Position numbers and translations under genes: made by a program. Below, piece by piece: positions 8,234 to 20,200 of a stretch of 64,000 nt of DNA. The notes below the pieces were generated by a model. That model had not been told where the DNA came from, made no database searches, and saw nothing but the letters and a program-made list of their open reading frames with translations. Each line of letters begins with the position of its first letter. Positions within the stretch are counted from its first letter, which is position 1. Origin of the DNA: Candidatus Omnitrophota bacterium (GTDB lineage Bacteria; Omnitrophota; Gorgyraeia; S143-82); contig WGBD01000001.1 of the NCBI GenBank assembly GCA_015494465.1, positions 180,477 through 244,476 on the forward strand, read 5' to 3'.

Positions 8234-11200
8234 TTAGACCGCAGTCTCAAATGCCCGGCGAACCTCCACCGGCGGGGCCTTATGCCACAGACGGAACCAC
8301 AACCCACGCCACCTCTGATTTATCACTATCAGGCCATCGCGCAGGCGCCTCCACAGCCTGTACACCCCGTACATAAACGGATTCCTCTCCCATATCTCTC
8401 TGGTAAGCCACCAACGCCACTCCTCTGCCATCTCGAACAAACTTATCCCGAACATACTCAAGGACTTTACCTCCTCCGGCCACTTCCGGGAGGCGATGTC
8501 CATCAACTCCTTTATCCGGTACACCTCCATACCCGGTATTATCTTGGCCACCACCCGGCCCACATAGTAGGAGATGCTCTTGCGGTAGACCTGAGATATT
8601 AGACTGCTCATGTAATCGAACATGGAGAAGAACAACTCCTCTTTGCTGGCAGTCGGCCTCAACTGCCTCTCTATCCCGAAGTGCAGGCCTGCCCTCAGCA
8701 TTATCCTGCTCGCCCGGCCGTTCTCCAACAGGACCGGGTGTATATAGAGGATGCCCTTATCCGCATCCATTAGCATAGGCCTCTCCGCCATCCGTATCTC
8801 CCTGTAGCGCAACAGGGCGGTCAGTATCTCATCCTCGCTATAACCCTCTCTCACCAACGCGTCCACGACATCCTTCAATGCCCTCCTCATGTGGAGGCTA
8901 TCCCTCACCCCTTCTATCCTGATGGAGTCTATCGCATCGGTGATCCTTGCCCTTGGAGAGAACAGGCCCAGTAGTTCTTCTTTGAAGGAGGACTCGTCCT
9001 CCCTCATTGCAGAGGCATCCAGGACCAACACCCCGTTATCCAGAAGTTGCACCGCCTTTGCCCCCTCCGGCCTGTCCTCTACCCAGATCAGAACGTAATC
9101 CGCTCTCACCCCCGCCTGCCTGAGCCAGAACCTCACCTTCGCCTCCATATGGGCCATCTCCATCCTGCGCAAGAGCCCAGCCTTGCGCACATCCACCAAG
9201 ACCTTCGCACCCGGCCGGACCTCCCTCACCGAGACCTCAAACCTTAAGCCCGCATCCTTACGCTTCAGGGGTGCCACATCTATACCCATTCTCGTTCCGC
9301 GGAACCAGTTCCTCACCCTTGCCTTCAACCTCATCCACACACCCGCATCCGACGGCCCGGGCACCTGCCTAACCCGGCCCCTGCTCCTCACCCCCTGCAG
9401 GGCCAGGCGCACGGGCACGATCACATAGGTAAGTCCAATCCAAACGGTGTATACCGCCATCAAGGGTATCGCCATAATCACCGCCAACGGACCCCTATCA
9501 AACAGGGCCCAGAACCGGGAGGGCCTCAAGCCCGGCATACCGTACTTCTGCTCGAGTTCGTCCTCAACCTTGACCAAGGCATTCAGGACATCGCGTATCT
9601 CCTTCTCGCTTATCTCCACTTCATCCAGATCCGGGACCTCATCCTTGTAGGCCTCCAGTTTGCCATATAAGGTCATTTCCAAATTATGCAAGGGGACTTT
9701 CCGCTTTTTTTCTTTGTTGAGTATATACTTCTCATTTACAAACGCCCAGTACACACCCGCAATCTTGGGGTTCCTCTCCAAGATACCCGCAACCCTGTCT
9801 ATAATCTCGTCCTTCACCGACTCTATCATCCCGTTCTTGGCATACAGGGTAACATAAGCAATCAGTATCTCGGAGATGGTGGTGGAAAGTGCCCGGGCCC
9901 TGTCCTCCCACTTCTCCTGTGCCTTCTTCGTCTCTTTCTTCTCTTCTTTGCCTTTCTCGTTTACCGACGAACCACCTGCACCCGCTTCACCTTTGACCTT
10001 CTCTTTCTTTTCCTCTTCTTTCTTCCCTTTTTCTTCCTCTAAGTCCGGTAACTTCGGCCACCTCGCCAACATCGCAAACAACGGTCCGGCGGAGATCCTG
10101 CGGTAGATCGCATAGGGATTCACCGGGGCCTTCTTCCCGACCTCGTAGTTGTACAGTTTGTAAGGATCGAGGAGGAAGACCCTGCGCATAGTATCTCCCA
10201 GCATCAGGCGGGTAATCACTCCTTCAACCGCATCCGCAACGCCGTACCAGTAGATACGGCCAAGTTGCTTTATCCTAAACAACATTCTGTATCGACTCTC
10301 GCCATTCGCCATCAACACTCCGGCCACCCATCCCAGACCTGCCCCCAGTATGGCAAACGGCCAGAGAGAAAGGACTCCCAAAACCCCCGAACCCACGATG
10401 GCAGATCCAATCAACGACTTTATTCCCATAACCACACCGGGGAGCAATACCGCCCCTGCCACCGCCCCGGCAATCGCAACGACCCTGCCCCCCTTGCCCA
10501 GCAACTCCCACAGGTTCTTCGTCGGCCGTTTATCCGCCGGATTCATAAGGGCAGGACCAAGTGCACCCGCTATCGGCATAAAGAAGGTCACACCCCAGAG
10601 CACCATCTTGAGCGGAGATGCCCCTGCGAACAGGAAGGTCAACAGGGATATCAGGGCGTACTGCTTTATCGTGCGGTAGGCTATGCCGTATATCCGCTTC
10701 TCCGGTGCGTAGGCAAGTTGGGCACCCTTTCCGGGCGTAGTGATAAACCGGGCGTACATCTTCATACCCACCTGCCCCACGCTCTCCTCGTACATAAACA
10801 GCCAGTGCACATAGGCCCAGTACAGGCGGGCGGGTATCTCCTTGAGCATGTCTTTTATGCCCCTTTTCCAGCCCTTTCCGAGGATACGGACATGGTAGAG
10901 GAGGAGGTTGATGTTTATCGCCTGAGAGAGGAGCAGTCCCGATATCCACAGGGCAAGCGGAGTAGCGGTAAACGGATTCCAGTCCAGTATCAGGAAGGCC
11001 AGAAGCGCCCAGCGGATGTACCGGGTGATAAGGACCTTCTTGGTGTAGAAGCCAAGACCGTCCAGCCAGTAATTGTTCAGTATGTAGGCCCAGGAACTGG
11101 ACGGTGCGAGCATCATGTTGATGCTGTATCTGCTATAGGCACTCTCCGGGGCATCCTGCGACCACTTATAGACCGGAGTTGCCGCGTCCACATACTGATA

Positions 11201-14200
11201 GGGCCAGGCCTTCTCTATAATCATAGACGGATTCTGACTCACATAATAACCCACCGGATACCTGTCTCCTCCGGTGAAGGACTGGAAGGCAATCACCGTC
11301 ATAAGGTCTTCTGCCACATAAGAGGTCGTGGCGCCTTCGGACCAGCGCATAGGGGTGGTACGGATGAAGAACTTACCGTAGGCACCCATACCGCCTATCT
11401 CGTACTTGCCGATGTGGGAGGCATAGAAACCTTCTTCACCAACCGGCAGAACCTTACCGATGATGCCAAATCCTTTGCTCATATGGTGGCGTATCTTGGG
11501 TATCGTCGCGGAGGCGTAGGAGTCAAAGCGATAGTTCATCAACTCCCCAACCTCTGCGAACTGGTTCTCCGGCCTGAAGGCGTGGTCCGCATCCACTGCC
11601 AAGATGGCCCGGGAGGTACTAAGCGGGACCACCGCTGCGAACTGATTCCACTTGGCCCCGTGGAACTGTTCGTTACTGCTCATAATGAAGGGCATAGAAT
11701 CGGTGGCAATCACCTCGTAGAGGAACCGCTTAAGGCCATGCGTCGCTATACCTCCATTTTCACCAATCACCTTACCGGGCACCCTGGCATCCTCTATGGC
11801 CCCCTGCCCCTTCTCCCAGAGATCCCGCACCCTCTCCGAGGTCTCCATCGCGCCGTAGAAAAACCTCTTGTAGGTATCTACATCCTTTTCTAAGTCGAAA
11901 ATCTCCTCATTCTGAGCCACATTCATGTGCGGCTGGAGCAGACGGGACACCACCCGTATGCGGGAGGAAAGGTACAGGTCTCGCACTTCCCTCTCACTGA
12001 GTTTAGGTAGATCCTCTTTCAACCTCTCCGAGGCCCAGTCGTAAAGGAGCTTCCCTTCTTCGTCAGGGGTATACCCCTTCTTGAAGGCATAGGATATGAC
12101 GGTTTCGGGCAGTACCGCCTTGTAGTTGACCATCTCCTCCAGTCTATCCCTCACCGACTCCTTGTTGAGTATCAGGGTAGCGGTGTAGACCCGATTCAAT
12201 GCCCACCGGGCGGTGGAGGTGGTGTTCACCGCTGCCTGAAGCCTGCGGTTGGCCCATACGGTCAACAGGTTCAACGCCTTCTCCACCCCCTCGGTCTTTG
12301 CCTTTTCTCCGAATAGTTTTTCAAGCCAGGTGTGCACATCGGGAATGTCTTCAGGCCTGTCCGCATAGGCAAGGAGATCGTCCAACATCTTCTCCAAATA
12401 AGTCCACTCCGGACCTTTCTCCCTCATAGAGCGGGCATAGTCCTTCAGGGCAACAAACTCCTCCCGCTTCTCCGGCACGGACAGGAGCAGGCCAATGCGA
12501 GAGACCATATGGTCCTCATTCTCATTCTTTGCGAATAGTTCGTTTACGGTGAAGAAGGGCAGTTCACTATATCCGTTGTGCACGATTATCTGATTGTCAA
12601 ACTCGCTTGCGCTTCTATAAAGCGTCAACCCGCCCCTGCGCAGGAGTTGATTGGCAAAGTCCCTGAATCTGGACTTGATGGCCCCGTTCTTCAACAGAGC
12701 ATCCAGCAGGCGCTCCAGTTCCGCCCGGTCTACCGCACCAAACCTGTCCACATCTATCTCACCGTCTTCTCCTCGAGTTATCCCCATGGCCCTCTCCAGT
12801 TGCCTCACTACCTCCGGCGAGATGAGCATCTCTCCCTCTTCCGTCGAGCTCATCGCCTCCAGCACCAAGGCGAACTTGACGCGATTCTCCTCTCCCAAGG
12901 TAAGCCTCGTATTCACATACCCGACCCTCTCGTCGGTCAAGAGGTCTACGAGAGCCCTGCGAATCTCCTTGGGATTATCGCCCACCGCGTAGAGGGCCAT
13001 CTCGTTCATCGTCCTGAGGCCCAGAGACCCCATGGTCAGATAACTCTGGCTAAACGGCGTGAGCACCACCATGGTAAAGAAGGCAAGGACATAGGCACCC
13101 ACCGCCAGGGCGTACCTGACTGGATCCGGGATTTCTATCACCGTAGAGGGGATTACAGGAGCGTGGAAGGTGTGCAAGACCACCGCCCCCGCCAGTGCCA
13201 ACAGGGCAAGACCCAAGATGGTCTGGGCCAAGATGAGAGACCTACCGGTCAACCTCCGTTTGACCTGCGTATCGTAAAGCGCAACTGAAACCACCGCTAT
13301 CGCACCTGCCAGAGGCAGACCGACCAGAGACCGCAGGTCCACACCCGCAGGCACACCCACATTTACCACATCCCAGTCGAAGTAAGAGCCTATCAAGAGG
13401 GCCAGTCCCAGAGAGGAGAGCATTATCGCCAGATGGGCGATCCGCCTCATCCTCTCCTTATAGGTAAGGTTGTTTACTGCCCCTTGAGAGAATATCCTGC
13501 CCATGTTCTTCCAGACGAAGCCCAACTCCTTGAACTTGTACTCCCAGATGTTGAACCTCCTGCCGGTAAGGATTACATCCCCCGCGTCTATCAGGGCCTT
13601 GTAGAAGCGGAACATCGCACGGTCCAGTTCCGCAGGGGAGACCTCCTTGCCCTCGGCTATGGCCACGAGGGTGTCCTGCAGGGCCTTAGCGGACTCCCGC
13701 ACCTGCGCGCTATTGCCCTTATAGAGGCCACGGTTGACCTGATTCAGGTACCTGAACACGATGTTCAGGACCTCCTCGGTCATCACCCTGCCCTTGCCCC
13801 TTATAAGCGTGGCTGCGTCCCTCTGGGTCTCGTGGGCAGAGATGTTGCTGGCCATTACCTTAATCAAGACCGAGCGGAGATTGCTTATCTGAGGAATCAG
13901 AGCGTTAACCGCAGAGACGATGTCCTCATCGTATATCCTCTTGGAGACGATGTTCTCCCACAGCCACTCCTCAAACCTGCCCTGAGAGGTGAGGGAGTAT
14001 ATCCCCCGAGAGATAAGGGCATTCATACCCAGCCAGTACCTCACCCCGTGCAGGGCACCGTAGGAGAACCGGCCGTACTCAAAGTCCACCGGATAGGGAT
14101 TCATGTCGTCGGTGTAGTCGAAGATGAAGAGGTCCTCTTTGGCCAGTTCTTCTTCGCCGGGGAAGTCCACGACCTCCACCTTAAGCCGTGGCCTTCCGTT

Positions 14201-17200
14201 AATCTCGGTAAGGCCGTCGAGGAAGCGGTTGAACATAGAGGCCCGCATGTTCACATAGTACTGATTGAGATACGGATCCTTCTTCCAGCCCTCTGCGGAG
14301 AAGAACTCGTCCATCCGATCTGCCAACTCTTGCTTATAGGCATCCGAGGCGAGGATGTATCCAAGGGCGATGGACAACAACCTCCTCCTGCCCACCTCCT
14401 CGTCCATACCCAAGGCCTGCAGGCGCTTGGCAGAATCGCGCAGGTCCTCTTCCATCTTCCTGCGCTCCTCATCGCTTAAACGGCCTGCAAACCTCTTCAG
14501 GAAGCCACCAAGATTCTCCCTGCCCGAGGAGATCCAATCAATAATCCCGTCTAGATCGGAAACTCCTCTAAAGGAATCCCAGGCCACCGCAGGGAGAGAG
14601 AAGTTGCCTATCCGGACCAACTCCCGTGAGGCCCTCATCAAGGCCTTCTTTGCCTTGGGATACTTACTCAGATCCGCACCGGAGAGGGAGGCAAGTATGA
14701 GCGCAAGGGTAAGGGCCTGCAGATCCTCCCTGCCTTCCAGTTTATCCCTCAACTCCTGCCAGGAGACATCCTCACCCAATCCCAGTCTATTGCGCACCTC
14801 ATTGACGAAGCCTCCGCCTCTCAGGAAAGCGACCTTCTCGTCATCGCGGTCCACCTGATAGCGGGTCTTGAACATTGCCTCCACGAACTCCAGAGAATTG
14901 CGGAAGCCAAGCGCCCTCTGTCTGGCCATCATAACCAATGCGGTCTCTTCCTTGCTCAATCCCAGTTCCTGAACCTGGCGCCAGGTCATAGAGTTGAGGT
15001 TGAGTCGGAACTGGGAATACATCTTACGCAATTGCTTCCTGCTCAGCCAGTAGACCACCGGCACCCCGAACACCGCCACCAGCATAGGCAGGACGAACAG
15101 GAGCCCGCCTATCCAGAGGTACCAGAAGGCAAAGAGACCAACAGCAGTCGGCAATATCACCCTATAGGCCTCAGAAGGAGAGAGCTGTTTGGTCAACAGC
15201 CCTACAATCGCCCCCAGCCAGTTGCGGTTCCCCTGCCAATCCCGGGCAGTGCCTTCTTTCGGTTTTGCCTTTATCGGTTTTTCCAGATCCGGAGTCCTGT
15301 ACTCATCTTTATGCCTTATTACCTGTTCCACCGCGGAGGCAAAGTAAGGAGAAAGCTCCTCAGCCAGATGGGAAACCGCCTCGGTATCCGCAACCAATTC
15401 ACCTTCCTTGAGCACCTTTTCGAGGATTCCCTCGGGTGTCCCTACGGGGAAGATGCCGAACAGGATCTTACCGAGGAAGGAGTTGCGGAAGTAATCCCAG
15501 AGGTGAACGAAGGTTGGCACTCCCTCTGCGGTGCTCATGTCTCGAGTGAGCTGGGTAGTAGAGTAGATGAGCACCCCGTTCCTGAGCAAGATGTATTTCC
15601 GGCCGAGATCCTTGGTGCTCTTCTGGTACTTGTGGGTAGGGATAACCTCTATCGCGGTGTAGTCGTTGCCCTCTTCGTCCTGCCAGACATACCTCTTGAC
15701 ATGGAACTGCTCAAACCACTTACCTCTATTCGCATCGTACAGGTATTCCGCCAAGGCGTTCCCGTTCTTGTCCACGAAGGAGACATAATAGAGATCCCTA
15801 TCACCGTAGTACCTGCGGATGTAGATCCTGGTCCCCATGGGCAGATGGGTATCACCCGGATTGCGAACTTCCAGGATAAAGGTCTCGGCAAACTCGGCCC
15901 GGTTCTTCTCAAACCCTATTAGGACGAAGGAGACATTACCGATCTTGACCAACCTCCTGGCACCACCCTGAGCAACCCTGTGGAGGATTTCTGCCTTATC
16001 GCCTAGGATCTGTCGCACCTGCTCTACTTCGGATGTGATCTGACCTATCCTGTAAAGCGATCCCTGTAGGATACGGCGGGGTACGATCTTGCCGTTTTCC
16101 CTATCCACTTCCACGGACAACTTGCCAACAGGATTGCTCAAACCGATGTCGTAAGTGCCCATCAACAGGACATCTACCCAGCGACGAGGCTTATACACCT
16201 TCCAGTTACCGTTGACCTCTCGTTCAGCAACAAGATCTCTAACCACCACATTCACCATCTTAGCCAATACTTGTCTTGCCCCTTCTCCCTGTAGATGCCC
16301 CAGATCGACCTGTTTCAGGAAGAAGTGCAAGGCCTTATCGTCCAGAAGGTCCAGATACGCCCTTTCGTTCATCTCGGTCCAGACCTTATAGATCTTGTGA
16401 TTGACGAGATCGATCTCGTAGCCCATCACCGGGAACTTGTCCAACCACTTTCCGTAAAGGGTTATCGACAGGATCTCGCCCTTTTCGTTAATCTCCAACC
16501 TGCCTACCTCTCTCGCTGCCGGATCGCCTGCCTTCACGAGAGATACGATTACCTTGCCGTTAGAGACCACCCTCGTCCGACCCAAGCTAAGATCCGTACC
16601 TCGCAACCTGGCGAACAGCTCTAACATCTCTTTGGAGACCGTAGGATCTATCCCCCGTATATTCTGGAGTATGTGCTTTATAAGTGAATCCCCACTCATC
16701 TCTCCAAAGGACTCCAATTCCGCAATAGTGCTCTCTTTCCCGGGACCTCTCAGTACCCACTTTCCTTTACAAATAGTACCTCCTATCGGAGGCTGAACTG
16801 CCACACCGGTAGCCGGAATCGGGAAGGCCTTTTCTTTACGACTCTCCGACATGATCTTCATCAACTGACCAAACGGATTGTTGGAGGCACGATAGTCCTG
16901 GATTACCATGCTCTTGTCAAAGTAGATCACCTGAGCAGTCACGAAGACATCGCCGTCTTTTTTGGAGACATCCGCCTGCACGATCTTACCTACATTGATC
17001 CAGTTCCCCTCCGTCAGCTGATACCTCTCCATAACCACCGGCTCGCTCAACAGGAACTGGCGAGGCAGGAGCATCACCGGCGGAACGAGTCCTTTCTCAT
17101 CCACCACGAACTCCACCAACTCCTGTCCCAAGGCATTATCCTCGGGCACATAAACCTTTATGTGATCCATACCAGAAATAGGATTGCGCCTGATGGTGAA

Positions 17201-20200
17201 CGCCAGATAGGCGTTTGGCAGGACTTTTCTCTCTTGCAGGAGATCCCTCAGTTTCGCCTTCACATTTTCCGGCAGACCTTTAATTTCATCCAGACCTTTG
17301 GCCTGCACCTCTATGTATTCCTCACCTTGAGCGTAGACGAAGTAGTGTTTGCCCTTTTCCTTCAAAAGAATCCCACTCCTCCAGGCGCGGACATCCTTTT
17401 TCAGGGAAGAGGTAATCTTGCTTATCAATTCAGGAGACAACCTCTCTTTCAACTCATCCCAATCCCCCTCTATCACTGCATAGGCAACCTTTGTCTTCCT
17501 GTCCACCACCCTCTTTATCGTGTAGACCTTACCGGCAATGGTGACCTCCCCGGTTACCTCTTCGTTCTGACCTCTGATGTCCGCAAGTTCCCCGAGCGGG
17601 GTCCTTTCCAGTATCACCTGTCTTTCAGGGGTCAGCCCGCCTTTCTCGGGATAGACCTTCCGGATCCACCATTCCTGATCGTACTTCTTATCCACGAGTT
17701 TCACCCTCACCGGAACGCCCGCAGGACCGACCTTCTCTTCTCTCGTCTTGACTCCAGTACGGGTCTTGCCATCCTTGGTCCGATATCTTACATATTTCTC
17801 AAATCTGACCCACACCTCTTTCTTCTTTGCATCGTATCTCGACCGGGCCCGCTCCAAGATCTCCTGCCGAGCACCGTCCCACTTGCCAGAGAGCATCCTC
17901 GGAAGGAGATCCCTGATGTCCTTGGGTAAGTAATCCACCAGTATGGCTTCTCTCATCCGGACCCTGTTGCCCGCAATCTTGCCCTCGTATATAACCCTAG
18001 TCCAGACCAGACCGTAAGAGGTACTGCCCTTTTCGTCCACATAGCGGGTAGGTACCGCCCTCGCGATGAGGTCGCCGTAGGCATCAGATATCTGGTAGGA
18101 TTTGCCCTCGCGATAAGACCAGACCTCTGCAACCTTCCAAACTTTACCGTCTATCTTCACCCACTTCTCCTCTATTCTCTTCAGCAACTCTCCGTGTTTA
18201 TCCTTCACCTCCCGGACTACTGTACCGTCTTCGCGGATCTCCTTTACCTGCTCAACTGTGTTGGCGTTCATCTTCAAGACCGGATCGGCGCTCAACTCCT
18301 TCCTGTCCCAGACCCAGGTCTCTTCATACCAGGCGGTATCCTCTCCTTTGACTTTCCCAACGGCCATACCGCCCTTTTCTATGTGGATGTCGTATATCTC
18401 CTTTGCCACCTTGCCATCCGGCCTGTAGAATATGACCCGCTTGGGCAGATCGGAGAGACCGCCGTACAGGGTCTTAATCACACCACCATTGGCGAGCTTG
18501 CGCTCTATGTCCCTGCCGAAGATGTCCAACTTCACCGTCTCTCTGGCTATCTCGCTCCTATCCGGGGTAAACTTAATCACCTTAAAGGACGCGTTACCGT
18601 CCTTATCTACCAAGGCCCTCTCCCACAACTCCGCAAGGTAGAGCCTGGAATCGCGTCCTTTATAGACCGCAGACCTCTTTAGCCTGCCCTGCCGGTCAAA
18701 CTCGTTCTCTATTATCTGGTGATTCTCAGCAAACCTGTCGCCCCGTTTCTCCACCATAACCGGCTGGAGGAACCAACCGTAAAAGACCTTCTTCTTCTCT
18801 CCGGTCCTCAGGTCAAGGACCTCGTGGATCTCGGTTATCTCGGAGAGATCCACTACCTCTTTATTGGGATCCCTCAATATCTGATGTATCCTGATGTGAT
18901 AAAGGTGTCTGGCCTTGCCGGTATAAATCAGTCTGCGTATCTCATCCCAAGACCTGCCCCTCACATCCCGGGAGAACTCGTATACCTCCGCCGAATCCTT
19001 GACGAGGAAGTCGCGTTCGTCCGAATACTTCTTCCAGTTGTATATGGTAACCTTTCCGTTGGCGCTTATCTGGGCCAGCAGGTGCCCATCCTTTATAACC
19101 AGTTTCTCCACCAATCCGGTATCCGGATTGACCCAATCCACCTCCACCGGCTTGTCTCCGCTGGGGAAGTGGACGGTTATGACCTCTTTCTCACCGTCGC
19201 CGTCCAGATCTATGGGTATGTTCACGAAGTCCTTTCTAAAGGCCTTTATCCTTTCCACATCAGGGAGGTGATTTATCTTGTTAAAGATTGCCCTCACCTC
19301 TTTCTCGTCGACTACTACCTCTTTGACCTCACCGTTCTCTTTGCCCACAGATATGGCTATCTTGCCCTGCTTCAGGGCACCTTCCACCTTGCGGGCAAAT
19401 TCACCCTGCAGTTTGAGGCGCTTGACCTGCTTGGCCACCTCGTCCGTGGAGACGATAATCGTAAACCTCTTCACGCTCCCATCCTTATAGGGGAGGTAAA
19501 ACTTGGAGAAGTACATATCCACATCAAAGACCTCTTTGAGCCGGGAGACATCTACGCCCTCCTCCTCAAGGGTCCTTATCGCCTCTATCCCCTGCAGGAG
19601 GATCTTCCTGTCCGGGCCTTTAGCCCCTTTCAGGGCCTCCTTCATCTCCTGCACCCTGAAGTGGTACCGCTTGTACACATCCCAGAATCTGACTATCTGG
19701 GCAGCGCTGGTCTGGAGCCTCCTCGCGGTCCTCTGGGCGTCCTTTCCGGGCCGGATGTCAACGATCTCTTTGGTGTGTCCTTTCTCATCCAACTCCTCTA
19801 TAATCACACCGCCCTGCCTCTGATTTACCACCCGGAAGTACTTGAGCATGTTCTGATACTTCTGGCGGGATATCTCGAGGGACTTCCTCACCCCCTTGGA
19901 GGTGAACATCGCCATACCTTTGACCTCTATCTCCGCATCGGGCTGGCCCAATCTTCCTTTCTTCACCTCCACATAGGCGTACACCGGAACGGACGAGCCC
20001 TTGTTTTCCCCGCTCATCTTACCGGAAGGACTCATGTATCCCAATAAGACCCATCCACCCTTGGCGGGATCAAACTCTGCCAGCCTGGACTCAAACTCCT
20101 CAAGGCTCATCTTCTCTTTCACATCCCGGCCTTTGACTAAAAGGACATCCGTATCCTCGTACCCTTTTTTCTGGTTAGTAAGTATCTCTACGAGGTCTTT

